From: Rhodanobacter sp.
Lineage (GTDB): Bacteria > Pseudomonadota > Gammaproteobacteria > Xanthomonadales > Rhodanobacteraceae
Reading direction: 5' to 3'
Length of the DNA stretch: 64,000 nt
Assembly (NCBI GenBank): GCA_041690935.1
Contig: JBEPVP010000002.1
Location: 5,718 to 69,717 of the forward strand
The position numbers and the translations under genes are program-made. The notes beneath the pieces were generated by a model. The model had not been told where the DNA came from. It did not search any database and saw only the letters and a list, made by a program, of their open reading frames with translations. Positions 29,247 to 38,879 of this stretch are shown piece after piece; within the stretch, counting starts at the first letter, position 1; each line of letters begins with the position of its first letter.

Positions 29247-30719
29247 ATGCTCAAGATCCTGGTCAGTCACTCCTATTTCCTGCGCTACGACCCGAAGCAA
29301 TGGGAACGTGGCAAGCCGTATCCCCCGCTCGCCACGATCCAGATCGCGGCGCTCCTGCGCCAGTCGGGACACGAGGTCGGCTTGTTCGACGCGATGCTGG
29401 CCAAGGGCGTCGAAGACTTTGCCGAGCCTCTGCGAACCAGCCGGCCGGACTTGGTGGTGCTGTACGAGGACAACTTCAACTACCTGACCAAGATGTGTCT
29501 TGGCCGCATGCGCGAGGCGGCCTGCCGCATGATCGCCGAAGCCCGCGCCAGCGGTGCCCGCGTGGTGGTGGCCGGCTCCGACGCCTCCGACCAGCCGGAA
29601 GCGTTTCTCGCCGCGGGTGCGCATGCCGTGCTGATCGGCGAAGGCATTGCGGCATTGCTCGCCTTGATCGACCGGCTCCAGCGCAACCCGGATGCCGACG
29701 CCGCGGCCTGGGTGTCCGGCATCGCCGGCATCGCCAGCCATATGGACGGCCAGACGCAGGTGTCGCGCATCGGCGCGATGCCGCCCGACCCGCGCCTGGT
29801 CGAGCGCCCCGCGTGGGATCTGGTCGACGTCGAACGCTACCGCACGATGTGGCAGGAACGGCACGGCTACTTCAGCCTCAACATGGCCGCATCGCGGGGT
29901 TGTCCGTTCCGCTGCAACTGGTGCGCCAAGCCGATCTGGGGCAACCACTACCGGCAACGCAGCGCGCAGGACGTGGCGGCGGAGATGAGTTATCTGAAAC
30001 ACACGTTCAAGCCCGATCACATCTGGCTGGCCGATGACATCTTCGGCTTCCGCGTCGACTGGGTGACCGAGTTCGCGGCGCAGCTGGACAGCCTCGACGG
30101 CTCGGTGCCGTTCACCATCCAGACCCGCGCCGACCTGATCAGCGAACGGATGGCCGCCGCGCTCGGCCAGGCCGGCTGCACCGAGGCCTGGATCGGGGCG
30201 GAGAGCGGCAGCCAGCGCGTGCTGGACGCGATGACCAAGGGCACCAAGGTCGCGGACCTGATTGCGGCGCGGACGCGCCTGGGCGGCCAGGGCATCCGCG
30301 TGGGCTTCTTCATCCAGCTGGGTTATCTGGGCGAGCAGCTGGCCGATATTCTGGCGACCCGCGAGCTGATCGCGCAGGCCGCTCCCGACGACATCGGCGT
30401 CAGCGTCTCTTATCCGCTGCCCGGCACCGTGTTCTACGAAAAGGTGAAGGCCCAGCTGGGCGAAAAGACGCACTGGCAGGACAGCAACGACCTGGCGATG
30501 ATGTTTCGCGGCGCCTACGATTCGGAGTTCTATCGCCGCGTGCGCGATCTGCTGCACGAGCAGGTCACCCTGCAGCAATCGAAGGCGTTCCATCGACCGG
30601 AGCAGCACCGCCAGGCCCGCGCCGCACTCGATGCGCGATGGGATACGTTGATCGCCTGCGAACAGGAGCATCGCAACAATGACGCCACGCAGCCGGCACT
30701 CGCGGCGACGCAACGCTGA
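29247..30719 (+). CDS. B12-binding-domain radical SAM enzyme (class B methylase-like)
   Basis: N-terminal YPPL and Rossmann-like B12 domain, IGEG, SRGCPFRCNWC (CxxxCxxC), LADDIF, GAESGS, YPLPGT. Confidence 0.88.
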   Translation: MLKILVSHSYFLRYDPKQWERGKPYPPLATIQIAALLRQSGHEVGLFDAMLAKGVEDFAEPLRTSRPDLVVLYEDNFNYLTKMCLGRMREAACRMIAEARASGARVVVAGSDASDQPEAFLAAGAHAVLIGEGIAALLALIDRLQRNPDADAAAWVSGIAGIASHMDGQTQVSRIGAMPPDPRLVERPAWDLVDVERYRTMWQERHGYFSLNMAASRGCPFRCNWCAKPIWGNHYRQRSAQDVAAEMSYLKHTFKPDHIWLADDIFGFRVDWVTEFAAQLDSLDGSVPFTIQTRADLISERMAAALGQAGCTEAWIGAESGSQRVLDAMTKGTKVADLIAARTRLGGQGIRVGFFIQLGYLGEQLADILATRELIAQAAPDDIGVSVSYPLPGTVFYEKVKAQLGEKTHWQDSNDLAMMFRGAYDSEFYRRVRDLLHEQVTLQQSKAFHRPEQHRQARAALDARWDTLIACEQEHRNNDATQPALAATQR

Positions 30720-32038
30720 TGTCCAGCCAACCCGCCACGCTGCCGCCGCTGCGCATCGTCAGGACCGGCTTGCGCCGCGTCACCGAGGCGCTGGCGCTGG
30801 AACTGGCGTCGGCGCGACCGGGCAACCCCACGCCGGCATGGAGTGATCTCGAATGGCGGCTGGCCACGGCGGCGGCGGCCGCGCACGGCGTCTCGCCGCT
30901 GCTGGGCGGCTGTTCCACCTGGCAAAATCCGACGTGGCGATCGTTTCTCGCCAGTCAGCGCGAGCACGTCGAGCAGCGCCATCGACGCATCGCGGCGCTG
31001 CTGGAGCGCATCGACACCGGCGCCCTCGCCGCCGGGCTGCCCATCGTTCCGCTGAAGGGTTCCGCGCTGCACGCCATCGGCCTCTACGCGCCGGGTGAGC
31101 GGCCGATGGCCGACATCGACCTGCTGGTCCGCGCGGAGGATGCCGGGCTGGCGATCGGGCTGCTGCAGGATCTGGGCTACGTGGAGTCGTTCGTCGCATG
31201 GAAACACCGGGTGTTCAAGCCGGCGACCGGCCAGCCTGTTGCCGGCTTGGGCGAGCATCGCGACACCCCGGTCAACATCGAGCTGCATACGCGCATCCAG
31301 GAGCGCCTGCCGATCGCCGCCGTCGACATCACCGAACGGATCTATCCGCAGGAGCCCCGGCCGGGCCTGAATCCCTATCCGTCGATCGCGGCCTTGATGG
31401 GCCACCTGCTGCTGCACCTGGCGGGCAACATCTGCGGTCGCAGCGCGCGCCTGCTGCACGTGAACGACATCTCGCTGCTGGCCACGCGCATGCGCGCCAG
31501 CGACTGGAACGCGCTGTGGGACGAGCCTGCTGCCGGCCCGCCGTGGTGGGCATTGCCGCCGTTGCGTCTGGTCGCGCGTTACTACCGCAACGCCATCCCG
31601 TCAGCCGTGCTCGCGCGGCTTGAGCCCGACTGCCCGCTTCTGTTGCGACAGCTGTCGCGCCGTCAGACCCTGACCGAGCTTTCCTGCTCGGAACTGTGGC
31701 TGCACGCCTTTGCCGGCCTCGAGTGGTCACGCTCCGTCGCCGACGTCGGGCATTACCTCGGGAAACGTATCCGGCCCTCGCAGGAAGCCAACCAGGAGCG
31801 CGCCGACATGCTGCGCACCCAGCTATGGCTGCAGGGTCAACCGTGGGTCGGCTTGAGCCATGGCCGGCGCATCCTGACCTGGCTGACCCGGCCGGTGCCG
31901 CGCATGGACACCTTGTACGTGGTGCGCGCGGCGCTGGAGTCTCTTTTCATTCCCGACATGCCAGGCGATCGGTGCGATGACGGCAACGCGCCAAGGTATC
32001 TCGGGTATGGGATTGAAGACCAAGGTTCCACAAGGTAG
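30719..32038 (+). CDS. nucleotidyltransferase-family protein (NTP_transf_5-like)
   Basis: PLKGSAL, RPMADIDLLV and IELH pattern; translationally coupled to the radical SAM gene. Confidence 0.8.
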   Translation: MSSQPATLPPLRIVRTGLRRVTEALALELASARPGNPTPAWSDLEWRLATAAAAAHGVSPLLGGCSTWQNPTWRSFLASQREHVEQRHRRIAALLERIDTGALAAGLPIVPLKGSALHAIGLYAPGERPMADIDLLVRAEDAGLAIGLLQDLGYVESFVAWKHRVFKPATGQPVAGLGEHRDTPVNIELHTRIQERLPIAAVDITERIYPQEPRPGLNPYPSIAALMGHLLLHLAGNICGRSARLLHVNDISLLATRMRASDWNALWDEPAAGPPWWALPPLRLVARYYRNAIPSAVLARLEPDCPLLLRQLSRRQTLTELSCSELWLHAFAGLEWSRSVADVGHYLGKRIRPSQEANQERADMLRTQLWLQGQPWVGLSHGRRILTWLTRPVPRMDTLYVVRAALESLFIPDMPGDRCDDGNAPRYLGYGIEDQGSTR

Positions 32039-32046
32039 CCGACGGC

Positions 32047-32676
32047 ATGCATACCGGAGCGCAGTACCACGAATTCATTCTGACCTCGCGGCGCGACCGG
32101 CTGGTGCGCGACAGGTTTCAGAAGATGGCGCTGGATCTGCTGCCCGAGGGAGCGGACGTGCTCGATTTTGGTGCGGGTACCGGTATTGATGCAAAGGCTT
32201 ATGCCGCCAACGGACACCTGACTTTTGTGTATGAACCTTCGGAAGCGATGTGCGAGTACCTGGCGCAGTACTGCCGCGACGAAATCGCCCGCAAAACCAT
32301 CGTCACGGTGGCATCGCCGCTCACGTGCAAGGTGCAGGCAGTCACGGCAAACTTTGCGGTCCTCAACCATTTCGCGGATCACGCATCGCTTTTTGAAGAG
32401 TTGTCGCGCGTGGTCCACCAGGGCGGTTTTGTCCTGGCCAGCATGCTCAATCCTTATTACCTCGGTGATGCGCGTTACCGCTGGTGGCGGGTGAACGTCA
32501 TAAATCTCCTGCGACGTGGTCACTACGCCATCCCCAGTGAAAGCCGCATCCATCGTTTTGCGCCACGTGTGGTGGCGCGAGCAGCCGCACCATATTTCCG
32601 GCTGGAGCGCCCCATTCCGCGTGGTTTCGGATGGGCCACCCACCTTTACATGTTCTTGCTATTTCGGCGGGTCTGA
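32047..32676 (+). CDS. class I SAM-dependent methyltransferase
   Basis: Motif I VLDFGAGTG; ANFAVLNH; lower-GC codon usage. Confidence 0.8.
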   Translation: MHTGAQYHEFILTSRRDRLVRDRFQKMALDLLPEGADVLDFGAGTGIDAKAYAANGHLTFVYEPSEAMCEYLAQYCRDEIARKTIVTVASPLTCKVQAVTANFAVLNHFADHASLFEELSRVVHQGGFVLASMLNPYYLGDARYRWWRVNVINLLRRGHYAIPSESRIHRFAPRVVARAAAPYFRLERPIPRGFGWATHLYMFLLFRRV

Positions 32677-32677
32677 G

Positions 32678-33601
32678 ATGTGGAAGGATTGGATAAGGCC
32701 GCTCGTGCGTCCCTTGCCGCAATGGTCGACGGTTGCGGTTGCTCCTCCGCAGCGGGTGGTCACCGCCACCTTGTGTTGGGACGGCCAATCGGCAGATGTC
32801 ACGGCGGACCACACCGTGGCTTCGCTCCAGCCACTCGTGATCGCGACCAGTCTTGATGCCGGCCAACGTCCCGTACTCGAGTATTGCGATAGCGCTACCG
32901 GAAAGCTTCTCGGCGTTTTGCGTCTGGTGAAGACCTGCTCAGTCGCCACCGAAAAGACATCACTCACCCTCTACCACGTTGCAGCTGGCGAACATCGCTG
33001 TCTCGGCTGGCCGCGGCGCTCGTGGAACGCGTGGCTGCAGAACCGCCTCATGCGGAAAAACCGCGCGTCGAACCACTTGAATATGGAGCCTGCCGCAGTA
33101 CAGCAGCTCATGATCGCCTATCTGTGTCCGCGGCCGGTCATCCTTGTCTCTGTCGGCGCGCCCGGCCACCAAAATATCTTCCCGATGGATTTGATCGGCC
33201 CGCTGGAGCGGAGCGGACTTTTTTCGCTCGCACTACGCAGCACCAACGTTTCCGTGCCGGTCATGCGCGAAGTGCGCCGAGTGGCGCTGTCCGGCATGCC
33301 GGCGGCGATGAAGGCCATCGTTTACAAGATCGCCGAGTATCACAAGCAGCCGCTCATGGACTGGAATGCGCTTCCCTTTCCTGTTCGACTGTCGCGGGAA
33401 TTCGGCATTCCCGCCGTTGCCGCGGCGTTGCGCATTCAGGAGTTGACCATCGTGCATAGCCAGGAGATCGGCTTGCACACGTTTTTCCTTGGCCGTATCA
33501 CTTCTGACGAAAATCTGGCGGAAGGCGCCCAGCTGCATCACACGGCAGGCTTTCATCAAGCTTACCGCCGCCGACGGGGCATGCCGTTTGCGGAGGTCTA
33601 G
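32678..33601 (+). CDS. protein with C-terminal flavin-reductase-like (FMN-binding split barrel) domain
   Basis: PRPVILVSV, NIFPMDL and HTFFLGRI resemble the flavin reductase family; starts 1 bp after the methyltransferase stop. Confidence 0.55.
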   Translation: MWKDWIRPLVRPLPQWSTVAVAPPQRVVTATLCWDGQSADVTADHTVASLQPLVIATSLDAGQRPVLEYCDSATGKLLGVLRLVKTCSVATEKTSLTLYHVAAGEHRCLGWPRRSWNAWLQNRLMRKNRASNHLNMEPAAVQQLMIAYLCPRPVILVSVGAPGHQNIFPMDLIGPLERSGLFSLALRSTNVSVPVMREVRRVALSGMPAAMKAIVYKIAEYHKQPLMDWNALPFPVRLSREFGIPAVAAALRIQELTIVHSQEIGLHTFFLGRITSDENLAEGAQLHHTAGFHQAYRRRRGMPFAEV

Positions 33602-33894
33602 CCTGCGTAGGTGGGAGGAGGGATGGCGAACCTCGCCTGACCGGGCGGCATCATCGTCGGATGCAGGCAGTGTGCCTGCCGCCGCCCTGCTCCCGTCCGG
33701 CGCGAAGTACGTGATCCCGACGACCCGTGATCTGCCCACAATTCACCGGTGCCTGCGTGTTGCAGCTGGCACTGCTTCTTCAAGTGCCATCCACTCCCAC
33801 CTGCAATGCCTTGCACGCGTGCGGGCAGCTCAGTGCCGCACGCGACGGTTAGTCGGATAGCACGCCGCGTGATGTTGTAAAGCAAGACCTGACC

Positions 33895-33918
33895 CTGTGT
33901 TTCTGACTGTGTTTCTGA
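33895..33918. repeat. perfect 12-bp tandem direct repeat CTGTGTTTCTGA x2
   Basis: Read directly from the sequence, about 70 bp upstream of the GT2 start. Confidence 0.85.
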
Positions 33919-33990
33919 AATGGTGGATGCTTGGCTGGTGAGGGATGCAATGCACGAGCGAAATCACGCGGATCATCGACGGCGGAAGCC

Positions 33991-34920
33991 ATGAACGGGC
34001 ACTCGGCCGACGAGACGCCGATGGTTTCGGTCATCCTGCCGACTTACAACCGCCTGCCGCTGCTGCGCAAGGCGATTGCATCCGTAGTCGGACAGACATT
34101 CGACGACTGGGAGCTCATCGTCGCCGACGACGGTTCCACCGACGACACGCGTGGTTATCTCGAAGCGATCGATGATCCACGCGTCCGGCTACTCTGGATG
34201 GAGCACCGCGGCGACCTCACTTCAGCACGCAGCGCCGGCCTCAAGCACGCGCGCAGCAAGTGGGTGGCATTTCTTGATTCGGACGACTTGTGGCTGCCCG
34301 GAAAACTGGAATTGCAACTGCGCCGGCTCGCCGCGCAGCCTGAATGTAGGTGGAGCTACACGGGATACTCGCTGATTGACACGGAGGGGACATCGCTGCC
34401 GGAGCGGTCGGACCTTCTGCCTCGGCCGGTTTCCGGGTACATCCTCGAACCATTGCTTCGGTTCAAGGTCTCGACACCGGTCCAGACCATGCTCGTGCAG
34501 CGATCGCTGATCGAGGAGATCGGCGGGTTCGACGAAACAATCCCCATCCATTCCGACTACGACTTCGCGCTGCGACTCGCTGCACGTAGCAAGGTCCTCG
34601 CGTTACCCGATATCTTGGCTCTGGTTCGCGAACACCCGGACAGGACCACCGCGCGCCTGCGCCTCGCGGAACTTTACGCCGATCAGGAGCGCGTATTCCG
34701 CAAAGCCGCAGCGGCCACGACGGACCGGAAAATACGGGTGCTGTGCCTGCACCAGTGCGTGATGCAACTGGCAGGACAGGCGGCGGCATTGTCGCGGGAA
34801 AGGTCACACGGGGCCGCGTTCGCGGCACTGGTCCGCGCCGCCCACATCGCACCTTTCAAAGGAGTGGTCTGGAGAACTGCGGCGGGATGCGCAGTGCGGG
34901 CGTTGGGAGTGTTCACATAA
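33991..34920 (+). CDS. GT2 glycosyltransferase
   Basis: VSVILPTYNR, ADDGSTD, FLDSDD, GGFDE, DYDF. Confidence 0.9.
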   Translation: MNGHSADETPMVSVILPTYNRLPLLRKAIASVVGQTFDDWELIVADDGSTDDTRGYLEAIDDPRVRLLWMEHRGDLTSARSAGLKHARSKWVAFLDSDDLWLPGKLELQLRRLAAQPECRWSYTGYSLIDTEGTSLPERSDLLPRPVSGYILEPLLRFKVSTPVQTMLVQRSLIEEIGGFDETIPIHSDYDFALRLAARSKVLALPDILALVREHPDRTTARLRLAELYADQERVFRKAAAATTDRKIRVLCLHQCVMQLAGQAAALSRERSHGAAFAALVRAAHIAPFKGVVWRTAAGCAVRALGVFT

Positions 34921-35123
34921 AGACGTGAATCACGATCAGGCTGGACGCCGCATCGCCGCCCGGTGCAACGCACCGGCAGGTGTGTGGATAAGGAATGGGC
35001 GCTCGATCAGGAACCAGGATGACAGCGCCGCGAGGAAAACGAACATCAGATTCTGCGGAAATGCAGTCATCCATGCGCTGGATCGGTGATCAAAGTGCTC
35101 CACCGTGCCGTGAAAGGGGAATG

Positions 35124-36209
35124 CTACGGATACAAAGTCTGAAATGCCTGAGCGGTGTAATCGGCGTCCTCCAGCATCGCGCGACGCTGCGCTTCCCTGG
35201 CCAGTCGGAGCCGCAGTCCCTCGTTGGCAAGCACTTGGTGGATGGCGTTCGCCAATTCATCCCAGTCCATGACGGGCACGGCCAGGGCCGCCGAAGGCGA
35301 CCACTCTACGAAATGCCCGACCGCTGTACCGACCGCTGGCACGCCTGCCACCGCCGCTTCCAGCAGGACCAGCGGGCCAGCCTCGTGCAACGACGACATC
35401 ACCAGCAGATCGGCGGACTCCATCATCGGGCGCAATTCGCGCTGCGTCTTGAATCCATGAAAACGCACGTGGTGTTCCAACCCAAGCTGGCGCGCCAGCC
35501 GTTGTATCTCGCCCTGCAGCGTGTCCTCGCCGACGATGTCCATTTGGAATTCCAGCCCCGTCATGACCAGCGCCGCCAATGCCCGCAGCAGCGTCGACTG
35601 ATCCTTGACGCGGTTGAGACTCGCGACGTGGATCAGCCGCGCCGGCCCTGCATGGCGCTCGCGCGGCGCAAGTGGCGGCCATGCCCGCAGGTCGACGCCG
35701 AGCGGCACGCGCTGCGCCTTGAGGCCGAGCGTCTTTAGCGAGTCGATGATCGGCGCGCTGGCCGCCGTGATGGCGTCGGTGGCGCGCAGCACGCACGCCT
35801 CGCGCAAGCGCCCTTTCCATTTCTGGCGTCCGCCGTAGCCGATGCCATGCAGCGCGACGAGTTCGCCGCCGGCGATATGCACCAGACTCGGCAGACGCAA
35901 CAGCTTGGCCGCGGCGACGGCGATCAGGCTGCAGGAGCCGGAAAAGATCGCGTGGATCAGGTCGAACGGCGCGCGACGATGCTCGGCGCGGATCGCCCCG
36001 ATCGCGCGCAGCCGGGTCCAGCCGTCGCCGATGTTGTGGATGCTGGCGCCGACCAGCTCCCAGCGGGCTGCGGTCGCTTCCTGGTTGAGCGCGAAGACAT
36101 GCACGTCGTGCGAACGCGCCAGCCGCTCGATCAGCGCCAGCAGCACCGGGATCACGCGGAACTCTCCGCTCCGGTCCACGCCGCCGGGGACCACCAGCGC
36201 GATCTTCAT
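35124..36209 (-). CDS. GT4 glycosyltransferase
   Basis: MKIALVVPGG; RVKDQ; SLHEAGPLVLLEAAVAGVP (EX7E). Confidence 0.88.
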   Translation of the reverse strand: MKIALVVPGGVDRSGEFRVIPVLLALIERLARSHDVHVFALNQEATAARWELVGASIHNIGDGWTRLRAIGAIRAEHRRAPFDLIHAIFSGSCSLIAVAAAKLLRLPSLVHIAGGELVALHGIGYGGRQKWKGRLREACVLRATDAITAASAPIIDSLKTLGLKAQRVPLGVDLRAWPPLAPRERHAGPARLIHVASLNRVKDQSTLLRALAALVMTGLEFQMDIVGEDTLQGEIQRLARQLGLEHHVRFHGFKTQRELRPMMESADLLVMSSLHEAGPLVLLEAAVAGVPAVGTAVGHFVEWSPSAALAVPVMDWDELANAIHQVLANEGLRLRLAREAQRRAMLEDADYTAQAFQTLYP

Positions 36210-37333
36210 CGTGCGCCCCGGCCGTCGAGGACCTGCGCATACGCGTGCGCCCACTGCCGCCCGACCGCGGCGAACGACAGCGTGGCGTCGAAATGGGCGC
36301 GCACCCGCTCCGGCGAGGATCGGTTGGCCGCCGCATCGACCAGCGCCTCGGCCAGCTTCGCCGCGTCGCCGCGGGGCCACAGGCGGCCGACCCGACCGTC
36401 GCCGGTCAGGGCGCGGAACGACGGGATGTCGGTGACCACCGGCATCACGCCGCAGGCCAGCGCCTCCAGCACGGCATAGCCGCAACTCTCGGCCAGGCTG
36501 CCGGAGACGAACAGGTCTGCGGCGCGCATCAACTGCTGCACCTGCGCATGCGTGCGCTGGCCCAGCAGATGCACGCGGCCGTTGAGCCGCGGATCGCGCG
36601 CGATGCGTTGCTGTACTTCGACGAATAGTTGCGCGCTACCGAACACGCACCACAGCTGCAGTCCGGGCAGCCGCGCCGCGGCCCGGGCCACACCGTCGAG
36701 TACCGTCAATGGATCTTTGCCGGGACTCAGGTGGCCCACCCACAACACGCAGGGATCGCCGTACAGGCCGGTGTCGACACGGGCGATGGTGCGGTCGCCC
36801 GGAGTGAAACGGCTGCTCGATTCCGGTATCGCAAACAGCCGCACCGGCGGCGTGAACATGCCGGCGCGGGTGAACGGCTGCGCCAGCTCGTGCGCGGTAA
36901 AGGCCACGCCCGCGGCGGCCGCATACCAGCGCCGCCATTGCGGTCGCCGCCACCAGCGCGGCGGCCGGCTGGCATGGTCCTGCAGCAGGATCGGCACCTG
37001 CGGCAGGCATCGCGAAAGGACGAAGGCGGCCTCGGCGAAGTCCAGCCCGTGCACGTGCAGCATGTCGGCCTTGATCCCTGCGAGCACGCCGGCGAAGCGA
37101 CGCGCCCGACCGGCGCGGCTTGCCGCATCCGGCCCACCGATATCGGTGAAATGGTAGTCGATGCCGTTGCGCGTCAAACGCTCGGTGTGCGCCGCGGCCT
37201 GCAGCACCGAAACGCGGGTGCCGGAACTCGCCGCCGCTTCGGCGATATCCACCACCGACGGCCAGCGTTCGAACACCTCGGCCGGCGCGAGCCCCGCAGG
37301 TGCCGGCACGAAATTGATTTGCGCGACGTGCAC
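36206..37333 (-). CDS. GT4 glycosyltransferase
   Basis: VGHLSPGKDP; AESCGYAVLEALACG (EX7E); TDIPSF. Confidence 0.88.
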   Translation of the reverse strand: MHVAQINFVPAPAGLAPAEVFERWPSVVDIAEAAASSGTRVSVLQAAAHTERLTRNGIDYHFTDIGGPDAASRAGRARRFAGVLAGIKADMLHVHGLDFAEAAFVLSRCLPQVPILLQDHASRPPRWWRRPQWRRWYAAAAGVAFTAHELAQPFTRAGMFTPPVRLFAIPESSSRFTPGDRTIARVDTGLYGDPCVLWVGHLSPGKDPLTVLDGVARAAARLPGLQLWCVFGSAQLFVEVQQRIARDPRLNGRVHLLGQRTHAQVQQLMRAADLFVSGSLAESCGYAVLEALACGVMPVVTDIPSFRALTGDGRVGRLWPRGDAAKLAEALVDAAANRSSPERVRAHFDATLSFAAVGRQWAHAYAQVLDGRGAR

Positions 37334-37337
37334 GGTC

Positions 37338-38852
37338 CTAGAGCCCCGAAACCTGCGGCACGCGCAGGCGCACCAGCCGGTTGGCCAGCTCCAGTTCGTG
37401 CGGCCGGTCGTACTTGCGCTGGCGGTAGCGATACCAGGCCATCGCGCTCAGGCTGCGCTTGGCCCAGGGCGGTGAACGCAGATCCTGCACGGTGGGAAAA
37501 CGGCAGCGCAGCACGGTCACGAAATCGTGGATGCGCCGGCGCAGCTTGTCGGTCAGCCACGGCGCATCGGCATGGCAGGCGTAGTCGACCCATTGCGGCT
37601 GCGCCCACTCCTCCGGCGTGTCCGGAAAAATCACCGGTTCGCCGTTCAGATCGAACAGCGCGGTGCCGGGTCGCTTGGCGCGATCCTTTTCGTGCCGGCT
37701 GTGCTCCGGCAGCGGCGTGTAGACGTAGACGACGATCTCGGTCTGCGGATTGATCCGCTTCAGCTCGCGGATGAACTCGAAGGTGTGCTCGGTTTCTTCC
37801 TCGGTGTTCTGCGGCGGCGCGACCATGAAAGACAGCTCGGGAATCACGCCGTGCCGCTGGCACAGTTCGGTGACCTCGCGCGTCTGATCCGGACGCGTGC
37901 CCTTGCGGATCTCCTTGAGCATCTGGGGATTCGGCGATTCCGCGCCGATGTATGCCATCCGCAGCCGGCTCTTGCGCACCAGCTTCCAGGTGCTCTCCGA
38001 CAGCTTCAGCAGCGCGTCCGAACGGGCAAAGCACCACCACGGCATCTCCAGCCGGGCCATCACTTCGAGCAGCGGAATCATGTCCTGTTCGCGATCGAAG
38101 AAGTTGTTGTCGAAGAACTGCACCGAATCGGCGCCGAGTCCGTACTTGAGATAGCTCAGCTCGCGTTCGAGCCGGGCCGCGTCCGGCAGCGCGGTCATGC
38201 CGCCGAACATCGCGGCCACGCCGCAGAACGTGCAGCGGAAGCGGCAGCCGATCGCCGCCTGGTGCGCGACGGTGCGGTGGCCGAGATAGGTGCGCGCCAG
38301 GTAGCGGCGCGGATCGCCGAGCTTGTCGTAGGGCAGCACCAGTTCGCTGTCGCCTAGCGCGAATCGGCGATTCGGGTTATGCACCGCCACGCCGCCGCTT
38401 TTCCACGACAGCCCGCCGATCTTCGCCAGCTCGGGTTGCGCGGCACCGCTCAGAGCGGCGACCAGTTCCGGCAGGCTTTCATCGCCCTGCCCGCGGATCG
38501 CGTAATCGACGTATGGCGCGGCCAGCGCCGCATCCGTATGCAGGGTCGGAAAATAGCCGCCCCAGATGATCGGCACCGCCGGAAAGTGCTCGCGGATCGC
38601 CGTGGAGACAGCAATCGCGGGAGCCACCTGGGGGCCACCCATGACGCTGACGCCGACGGCGTCGAAGGCACCCTGGCGCATCGCGCGCAAGGTCTGGTCG
38701 ACGAAGTCGCGGTCGACGTTGCCGTCGATGATGCGGCTGCCGCCGCTGCGGTCCAGCGCCGCCGCAAGGTTCAGCAGGGCCAGCGGGAAGCGCGCACTGT
38801 GACGCGAGGTGATGGTCGGGTTGATCAGCAGCGTTTGCGGTGAATGGTTCAT
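37338..38852 (-). CDS. B12-binding-domain radical SAM enzyme
   Basis: FPLALL, IWGGYFPT, RGQGD, GCRFRCTFC (CxxxCxxC), FDNNFF, IGAES, YTPLP. Confidence 0.88.
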   Translation of the reverse strand: MNHSPQTLLINPTITSRHSARFPLALLNLAAALDRSGGSRIIDGNVDRDFVDQTLRAMRQGAFDAVGVSVMGGPQVAPAIAVSTAIREHFPAVPIIWGGYFPTLHTDAALAAPYVDYAIRGQGDESLPELVAALSGAAQPELAKIGGLSWKSGGVAVHNPNRRFALGDSELVLPYDKLGDPRRYLARTYLGHRTVAHQAAIGCRFRCTFCGVAAMFGGMTALPDAARLERELSYLKYGLGADSVQFFDNNFFDREQDMIPLLEVMARLEMPWWCFARSDALLKLSESTWKLVRKSRLRMAYIGAESPNPQMLKEIRKGTRPDQTREVTELCQRHGVIPELSFMVAPPQNTEEETEHTFEFIRELKRINPQTEIVVYVYTPLPEHSRHEKDRAKRPGTALFDLNGEPVIFPDTPEEWAQPQWVDYACHADAPWLTDKLRRRIHDFVTVLRCRFPTVQDLRSPPWAKRSLSAMAWYRYRQRKYDRPHELELANRLVRLRVPQVSGL

Positions 38853-38879
38853 GGGCAAGGCCTGTAAAAACAAGGGAAC

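Noticed and set aside
26068-32038. Lasso peptide biosynthetic cluster
   Set aside because: No asparagine-synthetase-like cyclase, transglutaminase-like peptidase, RRE or precursor is visible.
33612-33640. Strong SD (GGAGGAGG) followed by micro-ORF MANLA*
   Set aside because: Five codons is too short to support as a RiPP precursor or leader; possibly a gene remnant, not testable here.
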